In this document: in pieces, positions 1-12,785 of the stretch
Numbering within the stretch: the first letter of the stretch is position 1
Layout: every line of letters starts with the position of its first letter
Assembly: GCA_977017575.1 (NCBI GenBank)
Contig: CDRNVI010000182.1
Location: forward strand, 62,001-126,000
Origin: Paramoeba atlantica
Taxonomy: Eukaryota; Protista; Discosea
Direction of reading: 5' to 3'
Length of the DNA stretch: 64,000 nucleotides
Notes under the pieces: generated by a model
Database searches by the model: none
The model's input: the letters and a program-made list of their open reading frames with translations, nothing else
Told to the model about the DNA's origin: nothing
Translations under genes and position numbers: made by a program

Positions 1-513
1 GATAAATAATTGCAAGTATCGATCCCCAGCACGATACAATTTCAAAAGTTTACCCAAAATGCTAACCTCGTAAAAGGTCAGCGTGACTTTTCAGCCAAGG
101 CCTTTTGTACTTGTTGATTGTATCAGTGTAGCGCGCGTGCAGCCCAGAACATCTAAAGGGCATCACAGACCTGTTATTGCCTCAAACTTCCCTTGGTTAA
201 ACACCAAGTGTCCCTCTAAGAAGTTTAAAGGAATAAATCCTTTTTAATATCAATAAAAACGAGTTTTCTTAGCAAACAAATTAAGCGTTAACAAAATCCA
301 TTTAACTAAAAACCCTCATAAATGTTATTATTAATACAACTAATTAGTAGGCTGAGGTCTCGTTCGTTATCGGAATTAACCAGACAAATCACTCCACCAA
401 CTAAGAACGGCCATGCACCACCACCCACAGAATCAAGAAAGAGCTCTCAATCTGTCAATCCTAACTGTGTCTGGACCTGGTAAGTTTTCCCGTGTTGAGT
501 CAAATTAAGCCGC

Positions 514-582
<69 letters not shown>

Positions 583-1864
583 AGAACCCAAAAACTTACT
601 GATTTCTCGTAAAAAGGTACTGGGAGAGTCATCTTTATTCAAAATAAAACGTCTTCCAACCTCTGGTCGGCATCGTTTATGGTTAAGACTACGACGGTAT
701 CTGATCGTCTTCGATCCCCTAACTTTCGTTCTTGATTAATGAAAACATCTTTGACAAATGCTTTCGCAGAAGTTAGTCTTTCATAAATCCAAGAATTTCA
801 CCTCTGACAATTAAATACTAATGCCCCCAACTATCCCTTTTAATCATTACATTAGTTCTAAAAAACCAATAAAATAGACCCAATGTCTTGTTCCATTATC
901 CCATGCTAATAGTATTCATTGCAATTTTTTATAATTTTGCTTGCTTTGAACACTCTAATTTACTCAAAGTAAATGAATTAGAATTCTATTTATTAGTTTT
1001 ATTAATAAGCAGAACACAAACTCCAAAGAGAATTTATATCCACAATCTTACTAATAAAGGTCCAATAAACACTGATTCTCCCAAAAGAAAATCAAATTAT
1101 CACCCAATTAAGTGCAATAATGAATATCTAATAAAATATTTAGAGAATATAATTTAATAAAACACATATGAAAAACCATATGGATTAAATTATAAAACTC
1201 TCAAATCCAACTACGAGCTTTTTAACTGCAACAACTTTAATATATGCTATTGAAGCTGGAATTACCGCGGCTGCTGGCACCAGACTTGCCCTCCAATTGT
1301 TACTCGTTAAGGGGTTTAGATTGTACTCATTCCAATTACCAAATCAAAATAATGAATCGGTATTGTTATTTTTTGTCACTACCTCCCCGTGTCGGGATTG
1401 GGTAATTTGCGCGCCTGCTGCCTTCCTTGGAAGTAGTAGCCGTTTCTCAGGCTCTTTCTCCGGAATCAAACCCTAATTCTCCGTTACCCGTTACCACCAT
1501 GGTAGTCCTCTATACTACCATCGAAAGTTGATAGGGCAGAAATTTGAATGAACTATCGTCGGCACAAAAGGCCATACGATTCGTAAAGTTATCATGATTC
1601 ACCATATGTTAACCAACCCCGAAGGATTGCATTGGTTTTTGTATCTAATAAATACATCCCTTCTCTCAAAGGAGTCAGGATTTTATGCATGTATTAGCTC
1701 TAGATTTACCACGGTTATCCAAGTAGTAAAAAAAAGGACCATCAAATAAATTATAACTGATTTAATGAGCCATTCGCAGTTTCACAGTACAAGTGTTTAT
1801 ACTTAGACATGCATGGCTTAGTCTTTAAGACAAGCATATGACTACTGGCAGGATCAACCAGATA
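1..1864 (-). rRNA. 18S: 18S (SSU) rRNA gene, 3' end outside window
   Basis: Minus strand begins TATCTGGTTGATCCTGCCAGTAGTCATATGCTTGTC; universal segments (GTGCCAGCAGCCGCGGTAATTCC, AAACTTAAAGGAATTGACGG, GGCTTAATTTGACTCAACACGGG) in the right order; long AT-rich insertions at about 220-340 and 950-1190. Confidence 0.99.
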
Positions 1865-2900
1865 ACTATTTTTTTTCCAAAAAAAAAAGACTATTTTTTT
1901 CTTCTTCCCCCAATTGGAAAAAAGAAAAAGTAGCTTCGAAAAGAATTCAAAGTATTTCATCAATTTTTTGTTATCAAAAAATAAGTTTTTTGTTTTTCGT
2001 TAGAATTCAATTTTCCAACAAAGAAATCCTCTTTGCAATTTCTCATTGAACCTCTTCATGAAATAATTTGAAAACAAACGTATTCTGTTTCCAAGTTTTC
2101 AAAAGAGAGAGAAATAAACTGAAAGAAAAAGATAATTCTTTTTATTTTTTTTTATTTCCAGAAAAGGGAAAAGAAAAAAAAGAAAAGAAGAAAAATAATT
2201 TTCTTATTCAGAAATTGAAGTTGGTTGTTTTTTCTGTCTTTTGAATCAACAAAAAAATCACCTTCCACAAATTCAATTTTTGTTTTGTTTCAAAATTTGA
2301 AACAGACAAAATAAAAAATAACTCCCACATTTTTTTGAATTTTATTGTCCGAAGTTACAAAAACTCCAAGCAAAAAATGTCACAAAAATGTCTGAGATAT
2401 TTTTCAATGAAAAGAGATCCAAACAAAACTGAGATTGACCTTTTAAACTCAATTCAAATCTGTTTTTACTCACTTCCTTAATATAGACATTACAAAAAGT
2501 CACGATTGAATAGCACTATGTTTGGGCAGAACCTACAATAGGAGAGAGCATCTATCATGTATGTAACCCCTCTGAGAAGAAAGAGCAGCTTTTTTGGCCC
2601 AGAAAGCTAATTTTGGAGTTCCAAAAAAGTGGACCAATCAAATAATGCCACGTCATTTCTTTACTTACTCATTTTTTCCCCCAAAAAGTCTTATTTTATT
2701 CTTCTTTGTTCTTTCTTTTGAACAACCCTTTTTTTTGTTTTTTCACCTCTCAATTCATGAGTTTGTTTTTCCCTTTTCCTTTCTCTTTGGATCAAAAAGA
2801 ATTTCCACAAAAAGTTCAAAGGAAATCACAAACCCCCACACACCACACTCCACACACTACGAAAAACAAAAAAAAATTGAGAATGAAATCAAGAATTTAA
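1865..2900 (-). promoter_or_regulatory. Probable 5' ETS / Pol I promoter region of the rDNA unit
   Basis: Position directly upstream of the 18S 5' end; no start site can be fixed from sequence. Confidence 0.4.
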
Positions 2901-3579
2901 TTTGAAAAAGAGAACAAAACACTTTTTTATTTATTCAACATAACAAGTGAGCTTTGTGAAATTTGTTTTTGTGTTGTGTGGTGGGGCCAAGAGGGGGGGT
3001 AGTAGAGAAACACTCTTTTATCTACACTCAAACCCACAACAACATCAAATTGAGGGTCCATCATTTTAAGAAAAAGAAAGGAAGAAAAAAGAAGGAAGAA
3101 AAAGAAGGAAGAAAAAAGATGAAAGAAAGAAAAAGGAAAAAAAAAAGAAGAGGAAAAAAAAAAAGTTTCATCTGGCAACACAAAAGAGAGAACAAAGCAG
3201 GCTGTGTGTATTGTGTGGTTATATGTAATCTGTATATTTCCACAGAACTCATCACTACTTTGAAAAATGTTCCAAAGAGGCTGCAACATTTGTTTCTGTG
3301 AACAAATATGAAAGCCTTTTTAGTTTTTTTCAATATATCCATTGCAAGATTACCACCCCAACCCCCCCAAACCAAAATAGACCTTGCCCCTCTCCTTTTT
3401 TATTCCATTCCTATACAACCTTGTCAACACAATCCCACCCCCCCTCCAATATTTAACCACCCCCACAATTATCCATATTATCCAACAGGGGTGACCCATT
3501 CAAAGAAAAAAGAAGAAAAAAGAAGAAAAAAAGAAGAAAAAGAAAGAAAAATAAATCAATAAATAAAAAATCACCAACC

Positions 3580-5110
3580 CAAACAGGTGGGAGGGGAACC
3601 ATCAAAAAACAACAAACACAACATGCAAACACAACAATCTAACAACCAATTTACAAGAACAAATAAAAATATCTCCACCACCAAAAATCAAACAACACAA
3701 ACAACAACCCAAACATAAGAAGAAGAATATAACAAAAACAACAAGAAATACCAACACATTAATACAACCAACCAACCAACCAACCCACAATTAAAACCAA
3801 AAAAATAACCTGATAATAATACCACAAATAAAAATACAAAACACCACCATCCAACAAAATAAACAACAAATACAACAACCAACAAAACTTAAAAGAAGGA
3901 AAATAGAAAACTCAAATGGTGATGATTTTCATTCATCACACAAACAATTATACAAACAAAGCTCTCTTTCTTTACAATCAACTCAACAACAACAAACAAC
4001 AACAATTAATAACAAAAAAACAACAATTAATAACAAAAAAACCACAATTAATAACAAAAAAATAACAAGCAAAACAACAACAGCAACAAAACTGGAATAG
4101 AACAAATAAAATAAAATAACAGCACCTCCAACAATAACTGAACAAACACTGAACCACCCAAACAACCAGGTGTTCAAACCAACAAAGCAATTCACAAAAC
4201 AAAATAAACAAAACAATAAACAAATTAAACAAAAAAGAAAAGAGAAAAACAGAACCTGATGGCTTTTATGGTGTGTGGGTGCAGTAACAAAGGTGGTTAC
4301 CATCAAAAAACAACCAAACAAAAAACAAAAACAACCAAACAAAAAACAACCAAACAACCAAACAACAAAATACCAATTACAAATCACACAATAACACAAA
4401 AAACAACAAATAAAAAACAACCAAACAAACAACAATCAGAAGAACTTAAACAGTAACAGAATGACAATAACAACCAACAACCAATAAGATATCAATAACA
4501 GCCAACAGCCAACAACCAACAACCAACAACCAACAACCAACAACCAACAACCAACAACCAACAACCAACAACCAACAACCAACAACCAACAACCAATAAT
4601 AATAAATAATAATTTAAACAGCAACATAAAAATAAAAACAAGCAATGACGCAAAACAAATAAATAACAACACAACAATATTAACCCCAACCAAATAAACA
4701 TCAATAACCAAAATCAACAAATCAACAAAATAAAAAAAAAAAAACAAGAAAAGAGAAAAATGAAACCTGATGTTTCGATGGTGTGGGTGCGAAAGTAAAC
4801 GAGTATTTTATTCTTTGCTGATAACACACAGAGCATTCTCCTTCTGTAACAAAGGTGGTTACCAACAAATACTAATTGCAAATAATAATACAATAACACA
4901 ACAACAACAAACATGCAAACAAACAACAACACAAACAGCAATAATCAGAAAAAAACTTAAACAGTAATGGGATGACAATAACAACAACCATCAAGAAAAT
5001 AACAACAACAACCAAACAATAACAACAGCAACCAATCAACCAATCAACCACAAAACAAATATCAACAACCAAAAACAAAAAAGGGAGAAAAGGGTGTGCC
5101 CAAAAAGAGG
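3580..5110. repeat. CAA-rich simple-sequence region with a ~510-bp tandem duplication and a (AACCAAC)n tract at ~4500-4594
   Basis: Blocks 'gtaacaaaggtggttacca' (4283/4845) and 'aacttaaacagtaa' (4443/4955) recur about 510-560 bp apart within CAA tracts. Confidence 0.75.
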
Positions 5111-5490
5111 AGGAAGAAGGAAGGGCAAAAAAGAACAACAAAAAAAAAATCGGTTGCCACAAACACCCTCCCTCCTCTTTTAAATAACAAGAGGGGAGTG
5201 TTACTTTTCTTATCTTCCTGAGGTTGTGGAGAGGTGGTTCCACACAAACAAATCAAAACAAAAATGGGAAATTACCAAACAGACCCAGGGAGATGCCACC
5301 ATTGTCATGTCGAAACCCCCAACAACAACAAAAAAGAAAACACAATAAGGAAAAAAGATCAAACAAACAAACAGTGAAGTTTTTTTTTCGGAGGGCACTC
5401 AAAAAATGGCTGTTGGGCGTCTGGGCGGTTTTTTAGCCTCCAATAAATAGCGCTCTAAAAAACGCAAGCCTTTTTTCGGTTGGTTTTGGG

Positions 5491-7377
5491 TTGGTGATGG
5501 TTTGTTTGACAAGTTTTGTTTTTTGTCAGAAGTGTGTGGTGGGTGTTGAAACCCCAACCTGCCCTTGGTGCAAGAATAAGGAAACCAAGTCCTATTGCTT
5601 CAAATGTGAACAGTTTTCTCGGTCAGACAACCGCAGTCGACATATGAAACGGTGTCCCAAAAAACCAAACGAGAATGAAACAGAAGAAGTCCAACGTGAG
5701 AAACTCCTCAGAGCCTTGGTGCAGGCATTTTCTTTGGGCTCAATTCTTGGAAAGGTTGTCAAACAGGGAGTTGTTGTTGAGACAAGTGAGGGAGAGAGAA
5801 GATATTTAGAATGGACAGATAATTCAGGTGGGATTGATCTCTTGTGGGTCAGCAAAGAGCCTCTGCTGGAACCAGGTTGGGCCACTTCTTCAATTCAAAA
5901 AAGAAAGAGAAAGAAGGTAGAGAATGATGATCTTGATGGGGATTTCTGGAATACCTCCACCAGAAGAGAGCCATTGAAAAGAGAGGTCCTCTTTCCCCAG
6001 AAGGAACAACTCCATGAGGATGGTGAGATTCTTTCTCTTCAAGCCAAGGTTTCCGATTTTTTTCTCTCTTAAACACAACAAGAAAACTAAATTGAATATT
6101 CAAAATAGATCACTGCTTTGGAAGTACAAGTAAGAGAAACAAACAAATTTCGAGAAAAAGTGGGACAATTTTGTTCAAACATTGTCTCTGAGACTTCACA
6201 TCTTCCAGAAGTAAGAAACTTGCTCGTAAAAAGGATAAGCAATGAGCTTCCAGAATTTTGTAATCAAAAAACTCTGGGGATTTCATCCAAAATTATTCGA
6301 ATTGCAAAGAGGACAGCTGAACAAGAAATCTCTCCAGCAAGAAGGGTAACAAAGCTGGCTGCTTACAAGGAGATATTAATGGATTATTTCAACGAAATTC
6401 TTCCTGTGAAATCAGGTCAGAAATATCGACTCCAATATTTTACTGACAAAGAACTTTTTTTTAAAATCCAGCAATTTTTGCTTGAGAATCACCAACTTCA
6501 AGTCAGTCGAACATCGATCCGAAAATTTGTGAAGAAAGAAACAAAAAGGAGTCACGTTTCAAAATGTGATTCTTGTCCATATTGCCATCAACTCAGGTTT
6601 AGTCCTGAACAGCTTTCTGAACATCAAAAAATAGGTTATGAAAACCACAAGAAGATTGCACAGGATCAACAAGATTTCAAACGGTACATTCTCCAAGCTC
6701 TGAAAGATGATTCAATTCCCAATGGTGTTGTTGTGACGATGGACTTTTCAAAGTTTGAGTGTTCAGCAAAGTGTGAATCACTGGAGTGTCATATTCTTGT
6801 TTTGAGGTACGGAAAAACACTTGCAGAAAAGGTGGAACACCAAACTGGTGTCAGTAAGATGATTAATGGTTTACACTGAGCTTACATCAACATTTTTGCT
6901 TAATCAAGTCGCGACAAACACGACCCTGACTTTGTCTTTTTGTCATGGGTTAAAGTACTTCACAGGTTCAAACCTCTCTTTGAACAAACTGAACACCTTT
7001 TTTTTTTCACAGATGGAGGTCCTCATCATTATAAATCCAAACATGGGATCTTTGGATTTGCTTTTCTGGCACGGATGTTGCAGCCCATCATGAGACCTCC
7101 AAGGACAAATAAGTTTCCGCAGATATCATTCCATTTTCATGCTTCTCACCATGGTTCAGACATTTGTGACTGTATTGCAGCAATTGACAAGAAAGCAGTA
7201 AAGAGGTATACTCTTGGAAACACAAAGTGGGTTCTTAATGGAAAAGATTTTGTTGACTCTGTTGCTCCACTTTCTGGGAATTTTTTTATTGTGATTGGAT
7301 TACCAAAGAATCTGATGCATCAATCAAAGCAAAGAATTCAATTAAAGGAAGACACCTTCAGGAAGGTGGAGGAATAA
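5491..7377 (+). mobile_element. Sola-like (Sola2-type) DDE transposase gene, spliced; second junction unresolved
   Basis: Three same-frame ORFs. Catalytic-type motifs MDFSK, FFTDGGPHHYKS and ASHHGSDICD resemble DFxEN / SDGxxxQYK / HGKGxxD. N-terminal CFKC-x11-H-x3-C zinc finger. A 60-nt phase-0 GT..AG intron (6049-6108) removes three stops. Confidence 0.7.
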
Positions 7378-9135
7378 AGGAAAGTGGTTACAACCAGTCC
7401 AACCACATTGGTTTCAACTCTCTTCTTTTCTCCAATTTTAAAAGGTTCATCTTCTTTATTTTTTCGATATTTTCTTTTGATTTTTTCTCACCTCAAACGT
7501 CGCAGCGATGGTGTCCCTTTGGTGTCTTTTAAGGGGCGTTTTTGATTTTTTTTGTTGGAACTCCATTGTTTCTTTTCAGTAAATCTTTCAAATCCATTTC
7601 TTTTTTTGAACTTGTCAAGAGAGGGTGTTTGGGAACCATAATCTCAAAGGAATTTCTTATCGGAAATGAAGCGAACGAGAACGAGAAAAAAAGTGCCCTG
7701 TCAAAAAAAAACCTCACCAAACAAAAGCAAAAAAAAAAAGAAAGAGAAACAAAAAAGGATATATGGATATTTTCACACCTCTCTCTCCTCAAAAAACAGA
7801 GATCCATTGTCTTTTGAATAAAAGACATCCCCTCCCCCAAGAGTTATACACTCTTTTTTTAGAGATCAAACAAAGGAAACAAAGGAAACAAAGGAAACAA
7901 AGGAAGAATAACAAGAAAAAAGGGAAAAAGAAGAAAAAAGAAAAACCAAAGAATATAAAACACAAGGCGACAAAAAAAAAGTGAAAAAATAAACATAAAA
8001 AAAAACCTTCAACAAAACTGTTCTCATCTCAAGGATGGGGGGGGTCCCTCCCATGTACTCTCTCCCTCCCTCACATCGCTCTTCTACATCATCATCATTG
8101 TCATCCATCCATCCATCACCACGCCAGTCCTCCAGTCCCCAACCCACCCTGACAAGATACTTCCAGGTGGGCTGACCATCAAAAAAAAAATCAAAAATCT
8201 TCTCTTTTTTTCTCTGTCAACAACGAGCGAACAGAACACCTTCCTTCCCCTCTTTCTTTCTTTTCCCCCTCCTCTTTCTCTCTCTCACTCCTTCCTCAAA
8301 AAAAAAAGGAGCGGCTTTTGGAGATCTAAATAAAAAAGAGGAAGCGCTATTTTTTAAATTGGGTTCAAAACACCCAACATTTTTCTTTTTGACTTCCCAA
8401 AAAATTAAGAGTTCGTGGCTAAAAAAATTTCTTTTTTTTTTGCGTTTTGCTCTTTCCTCTCTTCTCTTCTCTTTTCTCTTTCTCTCTCTTCTCTCTCTTC
8501 TCGTCTTCTCTTTCTCTCTCTCTCCTCTATCAGTGTCCCTTTCTTTTTTCTTTCTTTTTTTCTTTTTTTCTTTCTTTCTTTCTTTCTTTTCTCTTCAAGA
8601 AAATTTTTGATGATGATGCTGAGAATGGAGAGTTGTTGTTCTCTTCGAACCCTCTTTTACTTCCGCCCCAGCCCCCCCCTGTTTTCTTTTTCTTTTCTTT
8701 ACTTCTTTTTTTCTTTCTTTTTTCTTTCTTTTTTCTTTCTTCTTCTTTTTTGTTTTTACCATCAAAAAATCGAGAAGTTTGTGGCTAAATTTTGTTTGGT
8801 TTGTTTGTTTTGTGTTCTCTTTCTCTTTCTTTTTTCTCCCTTTTCTCTCTCTTTTCTCTCCTTTTCTCTCTCTTTTGATTTTCTTTTTCTTTTTTTCTTT
8901 CTTTTTTTTTCTCTCTTCTTGAAAGGAATTTTGGTGGTGATATTCAAGCAAGTTCTTCCTTCTCTTCTTTTTCCTTTTCTTTTGGTCTTTTTGTCATTCT
9001 TTTGAACTCTTACTTTCTTGTTCCTTCTCTTCCTTTCTCTTTTCATTCTTTGTCAGAGTTACTCTTTTCTTCTTTTCTTAAAAAGTAACACTCAGTGGGA
9101 AACAAACAAAACTCCTTATTACTTGAGTGATTTGA

Positions 9136-9187
9136 TTCATACTCTCTGGGTTCTTTGAATTCTCAAATTAGAACCCAGAAAGAATGG
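9136..9187 (+). other. Conserved hairpin element, copy 1
   Basis: ctgggttct..agaacccag inverted repeat around gaattctcaaatt. Confidence 0.7.
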
Positions 9188-9558
9188 AGTCTCAAAAACA
9201 CAAACACCCACGAGGGGAGTTAGACCAGTTTTTTCAAAAAAAAAAGAAGAATTATAAAAGAAGATTAAAAAGATTGCTGGTTGATTTGGGTTTTTTACCT
9301 TGCCTTTTTGTGCAGTCTTTTTTTTCTTTCTTGTCTTTTGTTTAGTGTGTGTGCAAACTTGCTGAGGGATACACTAAGAGGGTGTGGATCTTGCCTTCCT
9401 TGTGTGTGTGGGATTGCTGCCACAAAGACTGCAACCAAGAAGGGTTGTTTTTCTTTGTGTGTTATTGCTGTTGGGGGTCTTCCATTGCTGTCAGTTTCCA
9501 ACACTGAATCCTTCTCTGAATCCTTCTCCAAAGCTGTTTTATATTGGGTATCAAATAT

Positions 9559-9608
9559 CCATCCTCTCTGGGTTCCAAATTTTCAAATTAGCATCCAGAG
9601 AGTATGAA
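9559..9608 (+). other. Conserved hairpin element, copy 2
   Basis: ctctctgg..ccagagag around aaattttcaaattag. Confidence 0.7.
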
Positions 9609-9639
9609 AAACCCCAAAACAAAAACAAGGCCCTCTGAT

Positions 9640-9693
9640 TGATAGGGAGCAGTGCATTGGCCTTCTGAGCTGATAGTTCTTCACCCCAGGTGC
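9640..9693 (+). pseudogene. Decayed tRNA-Arg(UCU) copy
   Basis: gcattggccttctgagctgatagtt..ccaggtgc followed by T-run matches the anticodon arm and 3' end of the tRNA at 12713; D- and T-arms are lost. Confidence 0.7.
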
Positions 9694-10707
9694 TTTTTTT
9701 TTTTCTCTCACTCTTCCTCTCTGTTTCTCTGCTTTTTTTTGTTTTGGAAAAGAAAAAAAAAACAAGACAAATGAAAACAAAAAAAAAAGAGAGAGACACA
9801 GGAAAAGAGAAAAAAGAAAAAAAAAGGAGAAAAAAAGAGTCAGGAAAAAAATACCTCACCACACATACACTACACAAGCATCCCTCAAGATGAAGAAGAC
9901 AAACACAAAAAAAAAGTGAAAAAAATAAAAAACCTTCAACAAAAAAACACAAAACACCCCCCCCCCCCAAAAAAAAAAAACACCCACCTCTCTGCTCTCC
10001 CTCCACTCTTGTCCTCCTCCCTCTCTTCTGTGGATCTGGTTTCATCATCCACTCCACTCAATGCCAATCACGATGTCATGTGGTTGAGTTGATGCCCAAA
10101 AACACACACACAAAACGTCTCATCTCGTGGATGCTTCTGGGTGACTTGTCAAAAAAAAATATTTTTTCTTTCTCTTTTTTTTTTTGTCAACAAACATCAA
10201 CAAACTTCTCTTTCCTCTTTTTCAATCTTTTTCTCTTTTTCTCTTCTCTCTTGTCCTCGTTTCTCTTTTTTTTTTTCAAAGGAATTTTGGTGATGGTGAA
10301 AAGATAAAAAAAAAAGAAATTAACCACCCCCTCAAAGCCAAAAGAAAAACAAAAACAAAAAACAAAACAAAAAGATAAAAATAAAAAAAAGGAAACAAAA
10401 AACAAAAAAGGAACAAAAAAGGAACAAAAAACAAAAAGAAGAAAAAAAAAACAAAAGAAAAACCTTCTTTTTTTTGAAGAAAAAGGTTCAAAAATGGAAA
10501 ACACAGATGCACGTGAATCCTCTTTGGGAGATAAGACACCAAAAAGAATGTTTTTCTCTTTCTTCTCCTTCTCGCTTCTCCTCTTTTGTGTGTTGTTTTT
10601 GTTCACTCTTCTCCTCTTTCTCTCTCTCTCTCTCTTTTTCTTCCACACTTCACAAAAAAAATAACCAACAAAAAAAAAACAGGAATTGTGTTTTTTTGGA
10701 ACGCTAA

Positions 10708-11794
<1,087 letters not shown>

Positions 11795-12040
11795 AAGAAA
11801 TAAAAGATATCTATTTATTTAACGACTTATTTATTGGAAAAAATGAATCAGTTTTTTTTTGAGAATTGCTGAGAGAGAAAGAGAGGAGAAAGGACAGGGA
11901 GAACAGGGAGAACAGGGAGAACAGAGAGGGAGAACAGAGAGAGAGAGGGAGGTGAGGAGGTTATCTTCTTTTCCAGAAAAAAAAGGGGATGATTCAAAAT
12001 TTATCATTTTGTTAAAAGAAGAAAAAAAAGAAGAGAAAGT

Positions 12041-12158
12041 GTCTTCGGTCATACCCAGTTGAAAGCACCCGATCCCATCAGAACTCGGAAGTTAAGCAGC
12101 TGTGGGCTCGGTTAGTAGAATGGTGGGTGACCACATTCGAATCCCGAGTGCTGAAGAC
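12041..12158 (+). rRNA. 5S: 5S rRNA gene, copy 1
   Basis: 118-nt GTCTTCGGTCATACC..GATCCCATCAGAACTCGGAAGTTAAGC..GCTGAAGAC with complementary ends and a downstream T-run. Confidence 0.96.
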
Positions 12159-12486
12159 CTTCTCCTTTTTTTCTTTTTTTTCTTTCTTTTTTTCTTTTCT
12201 TTTTTCTTTTTTTCTTTTCTCAATTTTCTTCCCCACCAACCTTCTTTTTCTCTGTCTTGATGGTTCGTTCCTGGATCTTTTTTTTTTCTTTTTTCTTCTT
12301 TTTTTCTTTCCCTTTTTTTTTTTTTTTTCATTTTCTTGCTCCTCCATAATTAAAGCTCTATTTTCCCCCCCCCCCCCTTCCTCCCTCATTCTCCTTTTCT
12401 CAAAAATTTGTTTTTTTTTCCTTCCCCACAGGGTTCATTTTGTTTTTCATCCCTTTTGTGATTGGGTATATTTTTGTGATCATATA

Positions 12487-12536
12487 TTCATACTCTCTGG
12501 GTCCGAATTTTCAAATTAGCATCCAGAGAGTATGAA
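12487..12536 (+). other. Conserved hairpin element, copy 3
   Basis: Perfect 14-bp inverted repeat ttcatactctctgg/ccagagagtatgaa around gtccgaattttcaaattagcat. Confidence 0.8.
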
Positions 12537-12712
12537 ACAAATCCAAAAGAAAAAACAAAAAAAAAACTATTATCTCTCTTTTTTTCCAGATGAAATCTTC
12601 CCAATCCCCATTGGAACAAAAGAATCACAAGCAACAAACCTCCCTCCTCTTGAGACTCCGAGAGAAGAGAGAGAGAAGGACACAAAAAAAATGGAAAATA
12701 TTTTTCAGAAAT

Positions 12713-12785
12713 GCACTAGTGGCGCAATTGGTAGCGCATCGGCCTTCTGAGCTGGTGGTTGTGGGTTCGAGTCCCTCCTGGTGCT
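12713..12785 (+). tRNA. trnR-UCU: tRNA-Arg(UCU)
   Basis: Cloverleaf: GCACTAG/CTGGTGC acceptor, GCGC D-stem, TCGGC-CT[TCT]GA-GCTGG anticodon arm, GTGGG-TTCGAGT-CCCTC T-arm, oligo-T terminator. Confidence 0.9.

Noticed and set aside
888-1963. ORFs 888-1157 and 1751-1963
   Set aside because: They lie within or overlap the 18S rRNA gene.
5374-7718. Possible TIRs of the Sola-like element (gtgaag-Tn-cggagggcac / gtgccctgtc-An-cctcac)
   Set aside because: The match depends largely on a homopolymer, does not extend, and no TSD is evident.
8597-8960. Fragments (KIFDDDAENGELLFSSNP, REVCG, GGDI) faintly like a PTEN/tensin C2 domain
   Set aside because: The islands could not be joined into a coherent spliced frame; similarity is below what can be supported by eye.
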